Assembly: GCA_017475745.1 (NCBI GenBank)
Contig: JAFVEZ010000047.1
Span: forward strand, 10,125-74,124
Source of the DNA: Selenomonadaceae bacterium
GTDB taxonomy: Bacteria > Bacillota > Negativicutes > Selenomonadales > Selenomonadaceae
DNA length: 64,000 nt
Direction of reading: 5' to 3'
Shown: in pieces, positions 46,952 through 55,577 of the stretch
Position numbering within the stretch: position 1 is the stretch's first letter
Layout: the number at the start of each line of letters is the position of its first letter
Notes under the pieces: model-generated
The model's input: only the letters and a program-made list of their open reading frames with translations
The model's database searches: none
Told to the model about the DNA's origin: nothing
Translations under genes and position numbers: made by a program

Positions 46952-46996
46952 ATATCCTCACTTGTAATAATTTTCACACATGAGGATATTTTTTTG
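46952..46996 (+). terminator. intrinsic terminator ending the fliG-to-GCAxxG co-directional block
   Basis: Stem ATATCCTCA/TGAGGATAT followed by TTTTTTT. Confidence 0.65.
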
Positions 46997-47101
46997 CCCT
47001 TATGGCTATAAGCTTGTCAATTTTATAGTTTATCCGGATAAAATAAATTTATGTAAATTAGCAGGATTTTGGCTTTCTATGACTAATACTTAAACAATAA
47101 C

Positions 47102-47115
47102 GTGATTTAATTCAC
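47102..47115. promoter_or_regulatory. Rex- or CRP/FNR-family-like palindrome upstream of fumA-sdh
   Basis: GTGATTTAATTCAC fits GTGA-N6-TCAC. It matches 9 of 10 defined positions of the Rex core GTGAAnnnnTTCAC. It overlaps a possible -35 (TTCACA-N16-TATGCT). Confidence 0.35.
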
Positions 47116-47162
47116 AAGCGAACAAATTTGCGTATGCTATTTTAAATTTAGGAGGGATTACG

Positions 47163-48005
47163 TTGAGAGAGCTGGACGTAAAAGTTATCACTGAAAACGT
47201 CGCTGAGATGTGCAAAGAAGCGGCGTATTATCTGCCAGATGATGTCTATCGCGGTCTCAAGCGCGGTCGTGAGACTGAAAAGTCACCGGTCGGTCAGATT
47301 GTCCTCGATCAAATCATCAAAAATGCCGAGATTGCAAAGGCTGAAGATCGTCCTTACTGTCAAGACACCGGTATGACGATTGTATTTGTGGAGATTGGTC
47401 AAGACCTTCACATTGTCGGCGGCTATTTGGAAGATGCAATCAACGATGGTATAGCAAAGGGTTATACTGAAGGTTATCTTCGCAAGTCCGTCGTTGCAGA
47501 ACCACTCTTTAATCGCAAGAACACACAAAACAATACTCCGGGTGTCATCTATACACAGATTGTACCTGGTGACAAATTGAGCATTACCGTTGCACCAAAG
47601 GGCTTCGGTTCTGAAAATAAGTCCGGCATTAAGATGCTTGTACCTGCTGATGGTGTTAAGGGCGTTAAGAAGGCTGTTATGGATATTATCCTTCATGCCA
47701 GCATGAATCCCTGTCCGCCAATGGTCGTTGGTATTGGTATCGGTGGAACTATGGATCGTGCTGCTCTTCTCAGTAAGAAGGCACTTACTCGCTCTATAGA
47801 TCAGCGCAATCCAATGCCGGAGTATGCCAAACTTGAGGAAGAACTTCTTGAGATGATTAATCAGACAGGTATTGGACCTCAGCTTGGCGGCACTACCTCA
47901 GCACTTGCAGTTAATATTGAATGGGGACCAACACATATTGCCGGTCTGCCTGTTGCTGTCACAATCTGCTGTCATGCAATGCGCCACGCTCACCGCGTAC
48001 TTTAA
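47163..48005 (+). CDS. fumA: class I (Fe-S) fumarate hydratase, alpha subunit
   Basis: 'CQDTGM', 'KGFGSEN' and 'GIGIGGT' match the two-subunit fumarase/tartrate dehydratase alpha family. TTG start 6 nt after GGAGGG. Confidence 0.85.
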   Translation: MRELDVKVITENVAEMCKEAAYYLPDDVYRGLKRGRETEKSPVGQIVLDQIIKNAEIAKAEDRPYCQDTGMTIVFVEIGQDLHIVGGYLEDAINDGIAKGYTEGYLRKSVVAEPLFNRKNTQNNTPGVIYTQIVPGDKLSITVAPKGFGSENKSGIKMLVPADGVKGVKKAVMDIILHASMNPCPPMVVGIGIGGTMDRAALLSKKALTRSIDQRNPMPEYAKLEEELLEMINQTGIGPQLGGTTSALAVNIEWGPTHIAGLPVAVTICCHAMRHAHRVL

Positions 48006-48023
48006 GAAGGAGAGTGATAACTT

Positions 48024-48596
48024 ATGGCTGAAAGCATTAGAATTACAACGCCGTTCACCGAGGAAGATTCACGTAAACTCAAAGCCGGTGACAGCGTTCT
48101 CATAACTGGTACTATCATAAGCGCACGCGATGCAGCTCACAAGGCAATGACAGAAGCTCTCGCCCGCGGAGAAAAGTTGCCTGTTGATTGGAATAACCAG
48201 ATTGTTTACTATCTTGGACCTACACCTGCTAAACCTGGTGATCCTATTGGTTCCTGCGGTCCTACCACTTCGGGACGTATGGACGCCTATACTCCTACGA
48301 TGCTGGCTCAAGGCATCAAAGGAATGGTCGGCAAGGGTTCTCGCGCTCCTGAGGTCGTCGAAGCCATGAAGAAGTATGGCGTCACTTACTTCGCTGCTGT
48401 CGGTGGTGCAGCTGCATTGATTGCTAAATCCGTCAAGAGTTATACCGTTCTCGCTTATCCTGAGCTTGGACCGGAAGCAGTTGCAGCTCTTGAGGTTGTT
48501 GACTTCCCTGCAATCGTTGTCATTGATAGCGAAGGTAACAACTTCTACGAAATTGGTCAGAAACCTTATCGTAACTTCGACATTAATCAGATCTAA
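48024..48596 (+). CDS. fumB: class I fumarate hydratase, beta subunit
   Basis: 'LKAGD.VLITG.I..ARDAAHK', 'GPTTS.RMD' and 'GKG' are present. Confidence 0.85.
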   Translation: MAESIRITTPFTEEDSRKLKAGDSVLITGTIISARDAAHKAMTEALARGEKLPVDWNNQIVYYLGPTPAKPGDPIGSCGPTTSGRMDAYTPTMLAQGIKGMVGKGSRAPEVVEAMKKYGVTYFAAVGGAAALIAKSVKSYTVLAYPELGPEAVAALEVVDFPAIVVIDSEGNNFYEIGQKPYRNFDINQI

Positions 48597-48698
48597 TCCA
48601 AGATGGGAGCAAGGGCATAGAACAAGGGCATAGTAGCAGAGGTTTATTATCCCTTGTTCTTGAAAAACCCTTACACCTAACAAAATAAGGAGGTTATC

Positions 48699-49322
48699 AT
48701 GTTTCACACAACTTTTTATGTGAGAAGGCTGCACTCTCTCTGTGGTCTTTTCGTGCTCGGAATGGTCTTATTTGAGCACATCTTCACAAATTCAATGGCA
48801 ATCTTCGGTCCGGAAGCACTCAACGGCGCACTGGAGATGATGGAACTTATTCCAAAACCAATCTTTATGGGTCTTGAGATTGGCGGTATTGCCGTGCCTC
48901 TGCTCTTTCATGCTATCTATGGCATCTATATTGCGCTCCAGGCTAACAACAATCCTGGTCGCTTCGGCTATCTCCGCAACTGGAACTTTGCCCTTCAACG
49001 TTGGACTGCTTGGTTCCTCGTAGCGTTCCTCATTTGGCACGTCGGTTATCTCCGCTTCTACACCAAGGGCATTACCGGTACGCCTATTTCATGGGAATTG
49101 CTCTATAACTATTTCCAAAATCCTCTCGTAGTTATCCTTTATGTCCTCGGAATGTTTGCAGCTATCTTCCATTTCTGCAATGGTATCACGACTTTCTGCA
49201 TGACTTGGGGTATCACAAAGGGACCTCGCTCTCAGAACGTCATCAGCGCTATCAGCATGGGACTTTGTGCTGTTCTTTGCTTGATTACACTGACTTTCAT
49301 GGGCAGCTATCTTGTACGTTAA
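48699..49322 (+). CDS. sdhC: succinate dehydrogenase/fumarate reductase cytochrome b558 subunit
   Basis: It is collinear with B. subtilis SdhC: 'RRLHSL.G', 'HA.YG.YIA' and 'NW.F.LQR.T' are present. It has five TM helices. Confidence 0.88.
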   Translation: MFHTTFYVRRLHSLCGLFVLGMVLFEHIFTNSMAIFGPEALNGALEMMELIPKPIFMGLEIGGIAVPLLFHAIYGIYIALQANNNPGRFGYLRNWNFALQRWTAWFLVAFLIWHVGYLRFYTKGITGTPISWELLYNYFQNPLVVILYVLGMFAAIFHFCNGITTFCMTWGITKGPRSQNVISAISMGLCAVLCLITLTFMGSYLVR

Positions 49323-49346
49323 TTTGTCGATTAGGAGATATTTAAA

Positions 49347-51176
49347 ATGGCTAAAGATATGACGAAGAAAAAGATAATCATCGTCGGCGGAGGCATTTCA
49401 GGTCTTCTTGCGACGATTAAAGTCTGTGAACTTGGCGGAGAGGTTGATCTATTCAGCTATTGTCCAGTCAAACGTTCACACTCACTTTGCGCTCAGGGTG
49501 GTATCAACGCCTGTATGGATACCAAGGGTGAGCACGACAGCATTTATGAGCACTTTGACGACACCGTTTACGGTGGCGACTTCTTGGCAGATCAGATTGC
49601 TGTCAAGGGTATGGTTGAGGCTGCTCCAAAACTTATCAAGATGTTCGACCGCATGGGCGTGCCGTTCACTCGTACTGCTGAAGGTACTCTTGACCTTCGC
49701 AACTTCGGCGGTCAAAAGAATAAGCGCACTTGCTTCGCTGGCTCCACTACCGGTCAGCAAATTCTCTATGCTCTTGATGAGCAAGTTCGTCGTTGGGAAG
49801 TCAAAGGCGCCGTCAAGAAGTATGAGTTCTGGGAGTTCGTTAAGATCATCAAGAACAAAGAGGGCATTTGCCGTGGTATCGTCGCTCAGTCAATGAACAC
49901 TATGGAGATCAAGGCCTTCAAGGGCGACACAGTTATCCTTGCAACCGGCGGGCCTGGCCAAGTGTTCGGTCGCTGCACGGCTTCTACTATCTGTAACGGC
50001 TCCGCGGTTAGCGCAGTTTATCAGCAAGGTGCTGAGATTGCAAATCCGGAGTTTATACAAATCCACCCGACAGCAATTCCTGGTTCCGATAAGAACCGCT
50101 TGATGTCCGAGGCTTGCCGTGGTGAAGGCGGTCGCGTTTGGGTATGGCGCAACAATCCAGAGACTGGAGAGCGTGAGCGCTGGTACTTCCTTGAGGATAT
50201 GTATCCTGCTTACGGTAACCTCGTTCCGCGTGATGTTGCCTCTCGTGCAATTTTCAAGGTCTGTGAGCATATGAAACTTGGCATTGACGGTGAACATCGT
50301 GTCTACCTTGATCTCTCTCATATCGACGGTGACTACCTCAAACGCAAGCTCGGCGGTATACTTGAAATGTACAGCGAGTTCGTTGGTAAGGACCCGCGCG
50401 AAGTTCCAATGGAAATCTTCCCAAGCGTCCACTATTCAATGGGCGGCATTTGGGTTGATAGACTCCACAACACCAACATTCCGGGTCTTATGGCCAGCGG
50501 TGAGTGCGACTATCAATATCATGGCGCCAATCGTCTTGGTGCTAACTCTCTACTGAGTGCTGCATATTCTGGCACAGTCTCCGGTCCGGAGGCTATGAAG
50601 TGGGCAAAGACAGGCAACAAAGGTTCCGAGCTTACCGACGCCGAAATGGAAGCAGCACGTCAAGAAGTTCAAAACGAATATGACAAAATCCTTCAGATGA
50701 ACGGTAACGAGAATGCCCACAAGCTCCACCACGAGATGGGCGACTTAATGTATAAATACGTTGCAATCGAGCGCGACAACAACGGCCTTGATGCCGCGCT
50801 GGTTGAGTTGAAGAAGCTCCTCAAGCGCTGGGATAATATTGGAATCACCGACCGTGGCAACGTTGCCAATCAAGAGGCGATGTTCGTTCGTCAGCTCCGC
50901 AATATGATCCTCTATGCTATGGCAATCGCTAAGGGTGCAAGAATGAGAGATGAGTCCCGCGGCGCTCATGCAAAGATTGTCCTTGAGAACGGTCAACGCA
51001 AACTCGATAAGGACGGTGAATTGGTGTTTATGGGTCGTGACGATGAAAAGTTCATGAGAGTCACCATTGTCAACTACGATCAACAGACCGAAGAGCCGAT
51101 CATCAGTTACCGCGACTTCGACCATTCGCTGATTAAACCTCGCGCCCGTAACTATGCGGTTGCAAAGAAAGAATAA
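49347..51176 (+). CDS. sdhA: succinate dehydrogenase/fumarate reductase flavoprotein subunit
   Basis: FAD motif 'IIVGGGISGL', 'HSLCAQGGIN' (the His for covalent FAD), 'HPT' and 'ESRGAH' are present. Confidence 0.93.
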   Translation: MAKDMTKKKIIIVGGGISGLLATIKVCELGGEVDLFSYCPVKRSHSLCAQGGINACMDTKGEHDSIYEHFDDTVYGGDFLADQIAVKGMVEAAPKLIKMFDRMGVPFTRTAEGTLDLRNFGGQKNKRTCFAGSTTGQQILYALDEQVRRWEVKGAVKKYEFWEFVKIIKNKEGICRGIVAQSMNTMEIKAFKGDTVILATGGPGQVFGRCTASTICNGSAVSAVYQQGAEIANPEFIQIHPTAIPGSDKNRLMSEACRGEGGRVWVWRNNPETGERERWYFLEDMYPAYGNLVPRDVASRAIFKVCEHMKLGIDGEHRVYLDLSHIDGDYLKRKLGGILEMYSEFVGKDPREVPMEIFPSVHYSMGGIWVDRLHNTNIPGLMASGECDYQYHGANRLGANSLLSAAYSGTVSGPEAMKWAKTGNKGSELTDAEMEAARQEVQNEYDKILQMNGNENAHKLHHEMGDLMYKYVAIERDNNGLDAALVELKKLLKRWDNIGITDRGNVANQEAMFVRQLRNMILYAMAIAKGARMRDESRGAHAKIVLENGQRKLDKDGELVFMGRDDEKFMRVTIVNYDQQTEEPIISYRDFDHSLIKPRARNYAVAKKE

Positions 51177-51201
51177 TCCGTCTTGAAAAGGAGAGAAAAC
51201 C

Positions 51202-51951
51202 ATGGCTGATAAGAAAGTCAGGTTCGTCATTGAGCGGCAAGACGGACCTAATGATAAACCGTATATCCAAGAATTTGACGTTGATTGGCGCCCAAGTCTC
51301 AACGTCGTTGCAGCATTGATGGAGATTCAGAAGAACCCTGTCACAGTTGATGGCAAGAGAGTCCCGCCGGTCGTTTGGGAATGTAACTGCCTTGAAAAGG
51401 TCTGTGGCGCTTGTATGATGGTCATTAACGGCAAGGCAAGACAGGCCTGCTGCGCTCTGATTGATGAGCTTAAACAACCTATCGAACTCAAGCCTGCTAG
51501 GACATTCCCTGTTATCCGTGATCTGCTGATTGATAGAACGAGAATGTTTGAAGCTCTCAAGAAGATTCAAGGTTGGATTGAGCTGGACGGTTCCTTTGAG
51601 TCCAGAGAAGCTCCTATCCAGAATCCTTACACTGCTCAGACTGCTTATGAAATTTCACACTGCATGACTTGCGGCTGCTGCCTGGAAGCTTGCCCGAATG
51701 TTGGCCCTCAGTCTGACTTCATTGGTCCTGCGCCTACAGTTCAAGCTTATCTCTTCAATCTTCACCCGCTTGGAAAGTTCGATGCACCGAAGAGACTTAA
51801 TGCCCTTATGGAGAAAGGCGGCATCACGAGCTGTGGCAACTCACAGAACTGCGTAGAAGTTTGCCCGAAGTCAATCAAACTCACCACCTATCTCGCACAG
51901 CTCAACCGTGATGTGAATATTCAAGCGCTTAAAAACATCTTCGATAATTAA
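51202..51951 (+). CDS. sdhB: succinate dehydrogenase/fumarate reductase iron-sulfur subunit
   Basis: The Cys clusters are 'CNCLEKVCGACMM', 'CMTCGCCLEAC' and 'CGNSQNCVEVCP'. Confidence 0.92.
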   Translation: MADKKVRFVIERQDGPNDKPYIQEFDVDWRPSLNVVAALMEIQKNPVTVDGKRVPPVVWECNCLEKVCGACMMVINGKARQACCALIDELKQPIELKPARTFPVIRDLLIDRTRMFEALKKIQGWIELDGSFESREAPIQNPYTAQTAYEISHCMTCGCCLEACPNVGPQSDFIGPAPTVQAYLFNLHPLGKFDAPKRLNALMEKGGITSCGNSQNCVEVCPKSIKLTTYLAQLNRDVNIQALKNIFDN

Positions 51952-51974
51952 ACATTAAATCATACTGACTCAAG

Positions 51975-52013
51975 CAACACCTTCGGAGTAGAAACTTCGA
52001 GGTGTTGTTTTAT
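51975..52013 (+). terminator. intrinsic terminator after sdhB
   Basis: Stem CAACACCT/AGGTGTTG followed by TTTTATT. Confidence 0.65.
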
Positions 52014-52058
52014 TATAAAAATTACTAAAAGTTTTCTGAAAAAAATCTAAAAAATCAC

Positions 52059-52087
52059 TTGCATAAATTCAAATATGAATATATAAT
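52059..52087 (+). promoter_or_regulatory. predicted promoter of proBA
   Basis: TTGCAT-N17-TATAAT. Confidence 0.55.
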
Positions 52088-52106
52088 GAAAACACCTGAA
52101 TAGTAT

Positions 52107-52922
52107 ATGGAGGCTGGAAAGTTGAATGTGTCAAGAGCAAGATTGAAAGAAGCAAACCGCATTGTCATAAAGGTCGGCACGAGTACATTGGCTTATCCTC
52201 AGACTGGCAAACTCAACCTCTACAGGATAGAACACCTTATCAGAGAGATTGCTGATTTGCACAACGCCGGCAAGGAGATAATCTTTGTGTCAAGCGGTGC
52301 AATCGCAGCCGGCATAGGTAAAATGGGTCTACCCGGCAAACCTGATACAGTGCCGGAGAATCAAGCTCTTGCAGCTATTGGGCAAGGTGTTCTAATGCAC
52401 ATCTATGAAAAGTTCTTCGCGGAATATGGCAAGACTATGGCGCAACTTCTGTTGACCGGCAATGATACTGTAGATGAGCATGCCCGCGAGAACTCGCGTA
52501 CCTCACTACTTGCAATACTCAAGATGGGCGTAATACCCGTTATCAATGAGAATGATGCTGTTGCGACAGATGAGATCAAGATCGGTGATAACGACAATCT
52601 CTCTGCCATGGTAGCGGCAATGATAGATGCTGAGGTTTTGATAATCCTCACTGATATTGACGGAGTTTACACTGGCAATCCTAAACTTGATTCAAATGCC
52701 AAGCTGATAGATGAGATTCCAGAGATAACGCCGGAGATTGAGCAACTTGCGGGTGGCGCTGGTACCAAGCTTGGAACTGGCGGAATGTATACCAAGATTC
52801 AAGCTGCCAAGATTGCCAAAGCAGCGGGTGTGTCAACTCTTATAGTCAAAGGTTCAGAGAGTGGCACGTTGAGACAGTGCTTACAGGGCGCTAATATTGG
52901 TACTATCTTTCCGGCTTATTGA
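52107..52922 (+). CDS. proB: glutamate 5-kinase (short form, no PUA domain)
   Basis: 'RIVIKVGTSTL', 'VSSGAIAAG' and 'GDNDNLSA' are present. The true start may be the TTG at 52122, after GGAGG. Confidence 0.9.
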   Translation: MEAGKLNVSRARLKEANRIVIKVGTSTLAYPQTGKLNLYRIEHLIREIADLHNAGKEIIFVSSGAIAAGIGKMGLPGKPDTVPENQALAAIGQGVLMHIYEKFFAEYGKTMAQLLLTGNDTVDEHARENSRTSLLAILKMGVIPVINENDAVATDEIKIGDNDNLSAMVAAMIDAEVLIILTDIDGVYTGNPKLDSNAKLIDEIPEITPEIEQLAGGAGTKLGTGGMYTKIQAAKIAKAAGVSTLIVKGSESGTLRQCLQGANIGTIFPAY

Positions 52923-52953
52923 GGAACAAGGAATAAGTACTTGCTAACATTGA

Positions 52954-54225
52954 TTGGAGGGAAATGAAATGACTGAGATTAAGCAAACCATTGAGAAGAA
53001 AGCATCGGCGGCAAAGAAGGCAAGTGTCAAACTGGCAAATCTGTCGACCGTTATCAAGAATGAAGCACTGTTGAATATGGCAGCTGCACTCGTGAAGAAG
53101 AAAGAAGAAATACTCAAGGCTAATGCTTTGGATGTTGAAGCAGCTAAAGTCAAGGGTGTCAAGACTTCGTATATAGATCGGCTCACACTCAACGATAAGA
53201 GGATTGAGGATATGGCGGAAGGTCTCAAGCAGACTGCCGCTCTGCCCGACCCTATCGGCACTGGTGATATGTACGTTAAACGCCCAAATGGGCTGGAAAT
53301 TCGCAGAGTTAGGGTACCATTCGGAGTAATCGGTATCATCTATGAAGCAAGACCAAATGTCACTGTCGACGCTGCAGCACTCTGTTTGAAGTCCGGCAAT
53401 GCTTGTATTCTCCGCGGCGGCAGCGAAGCAATCAACTCCAACAAGTGTATAGTCAAGATACTCCAAGATGCGGCCTACAATGCAGGTGTGCCTGAAGGTG
53501 CAATTCAATTCATTGACATCATTGACCGAGATGCCGTTATAATGATGTGTAAGCTCCGCGGTATCATTGACATTATTATACCTCGTGGTGGTGCAGGACT
53601 CATCAAGCGTGTGGTGGAAAATAGCTCCGTCAATGTCATTGAGACCGGCACCGGCATCTGTCATGAATTCGTTGATGTCTCTGCCGATTTAGATATGGCG
53701 ATTAATATTGCCATCAATGCCAAGACTTTAAGGCCTTCCGTTTGCAATGCAATAGAGACTTTGCTGATTCACAAAGATATTGCCGAAAAGTTCCTGCCAA
53801 TGGTCAAGATGGCGCTTGAGAAGAAAGACGTTGAGCTTAGAGGTTGTAAACATTGCCTTGAGATTTGCCCAGATATGAAGGCAGCAACCGAGGAGGATTG
53901 GGAGACAGAATACAACGATCTTATCCTCTCGATTAAGATTGTGGATAGCGTTGAAGCTGCCATTGAGCACATCAACAAGTATAACACCGAACACTCTGAC
54001 ACCATCATCACGCAGGACATCAAGAGTGCTCACAAGTTCTTGCAAGAAGTCGATGCGGCTGCGGTTTATGTCAATGCTTCAACAAGATTTACTGACGGTT
54101 TTGAGTTCGGCTTCGGCGCTGAGATTGGAATCAGCACTCAGAAGATGCACGCCCGCGGACCTATGGGACTCGAAGCTCTCACTACAACCAAGTATATCAT
54201 TTACGGTGAAGGTCAAGTCCGCTGA
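52954..54225 (+). CDS. proA: glutamate-5-semialdehyde dehydrogenase
   Basis: 'GVIGIIYEARPNVT', 'LRGGSEA' and 'CNA.ETLL.H' are present. The probable start is the ATG at 52969. Confidence 0.92.
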   Translation: MEGNEMTEIKQTIEKKASAAKKASVKLANLSTVIKNEALLNMAAALVKKKEEILKANALDVEAAKVKGVKTSYIDRLTLNDKRIEDMAEGLKQTAALPDPIGTGDMYVKRPNGLEIRRVRVPFGVIGIIYEARPNVTVDAAALCLKSGNACILRGGSEAINSNKCIVKILQDAAYNAGVPEGAIQFIDIIDRDAVIMMCKLRGIIDIIIPRGGAGLIKRVVENSSVNVIETGTGICHEFVDVSADLDMAINIAINAKTLRPSVCNAIETLLIHKDIAEKFLPMVKMALEKKDVELRGCKHCLEICPDMKAATEEDWETEYNDLILSIKIVDSVEAAIEHINKYNTEHSDTIITQDIKSAHKFLQEVDAAAVYVNASTRFTDGFEFGFGAEIGISTQKMHARGPMGLEALTTTKYIIYGEGQVR

Positions 54226-54355
54226 TGATTGTTGGCTATCTTAGAACAATTCGGAATTACTGGAAGACTCCAAAGGGTAGACATGACATTTTGGATTATT
54301 TGAAGGCGATTGTGATGATTGTATTGACAACGTTGATTGTATTGGAGGTGTTGAG

Positions 54356-54961
54356 GTGAAAGTTGGTATAATGGGCGGAACGTTTGATCCGATTCATACT
54401 GGTCACTTGGTGACAGCCGAAGCAGTCCGTGACGCCCTCGATCTCGATGAGGTATTGTTCATACCTTCAGCCAGGCCACCTCACAAGCACAGACGCGACA
54501 TCACCTCTCCGGAGCATAGGCTTGCAATGACTGTACTTGCAACATGTTTTAATCCAAAATTTCGCGTTTCGTCGATTGAGATTATCCGTACGGGGCCTTC
54601 ATACGCTGTTGATACTATTGACGCTCTCAAGCGTGAGTATGAGGTTGGCACGGAGTTTTACTTCATTCTCGGTGCTGACGCCGCGTTGGAGCTTGCAACT
54701 TGGCACAATGCTCATCAACTCATTGAGAAATGTCACTTCATTGCCGCCACTCGTGAGGGTACTGATATTGACATTGAAGCAGTTGAGACGCAATTCGGAG
54801 ATATTGGGCGCGGACGACTTCAGAGAGTAGAGACACCGAAGATTGAGATATCTTCAACTGATATTCGTGACAAGCTTCGGCGTGGTCGCTCAATTCGATA
54901 CTTGGTGCCCGATACCGTTGAAGCTTATATCAGAAAGGAGCAGCTTTATTATGACGATTGA
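54356..54961 (+). CDS. nadD: nicotinate-nucleotide adenylyltransferase
   Basis: 'GIMGGTFDPIHTGH' and 'ISSTDIR' are present. GTG start 7 nt after GGAGG. Confidence 0.92.
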   Translation: MKVGIMGGTFDPIHTGHLVTAEAVRDALDLDEVLFIPSARPPHKHRRDITSPEHRLAMTVLATCFNPKFRVSSIEIIRTGPSYAVDTIDALKREYEVGTEFYFILGADAALELATWHNAHQLIEKCHFIAATREGTDIDIEAVETQFGDIGRGRLQRVETPKIEISSTDIRDKLRRGRSIRYLVPDTVEAYIRKEQLYYDD

Positions 54962-55523
54962 CGAGATGAGACGCCTGCTGCAGAGCAGATTGAAGAAAAG
55001 TCGCTTTGCTCATTCAATCGGCGTGGCAGATACCGCTGTTAAGCTTGCCAAGAGATTTGGCGTTGATACGGAGAAAGCCTATATTGCTGGCCTTCTGCAC
55101 GATTGCGCCAGAGAGTTTGAAGACTCACAGCTTCCTGCTGAAGCAAGTAAGCGCGGCATTGAGATTGGTGAAATTGAAGTGAGAATGCCGCTTCTGCTGC
55201 ACTCTTACATTGGTGCAATGATGATTAAAGAGACTTACGGCGTAGATGATCCCGAAATTTCACAGGCAATCTGGAGACACACTGTCGGCGGCAGAAATAT
55301 GACTGACCTCGACAAGATTATTTACTTCGCTGATATGATTGAACCTCACAGAGATTATCCCGGTGTCGATCACTTGAGAGAATTGGCGGAGACAGCTTCA
55401 CTTGATGATATGCTTCTCGCGGGCCTTAGTGAGTCAATAATTTTCATAGTTCAGAAAAACTCACTCATACACCCGAACACTGTCATCACTCGAAACGAAA
55501 TATTAATGAGGAATTGGAAATGA
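54951..55523 (+). CDS. yqeK: HD-domain bis(5'-nucleosyl)-tetraphosphatase YqeK
   Basis: 'RFAHSIGVA' and 'GLLHDCAR' are present. The ATG at 54951 overlaps the end of nadD, keeping the conserved nadD-yqeK pairing. The track ORF start at 54843 is an upstream extension. Confidence 0.85.
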   Translation: MTIDEMRRLLQSRLKKSRFAHSIGVADTAVKLAKRFGVDTEKAYIAGLLHDCAREFEDSQLPAEASKRGIEIGEIEVRMPLLLHSYIGAMMIKETYGVDDPEISQAIWRHTVGGRNMTDLDKIIYFADMIEPHRDYPGVDHLRELAETASLDDMLLAGLSESIIFIVQKNSLIHPNTVITRNEILMRNWK

Positions 55524-55577
55524 GGTATTGTTAAAGAAAATTACAATATCTAATCATCATTTCCAATTAAAAGTACA

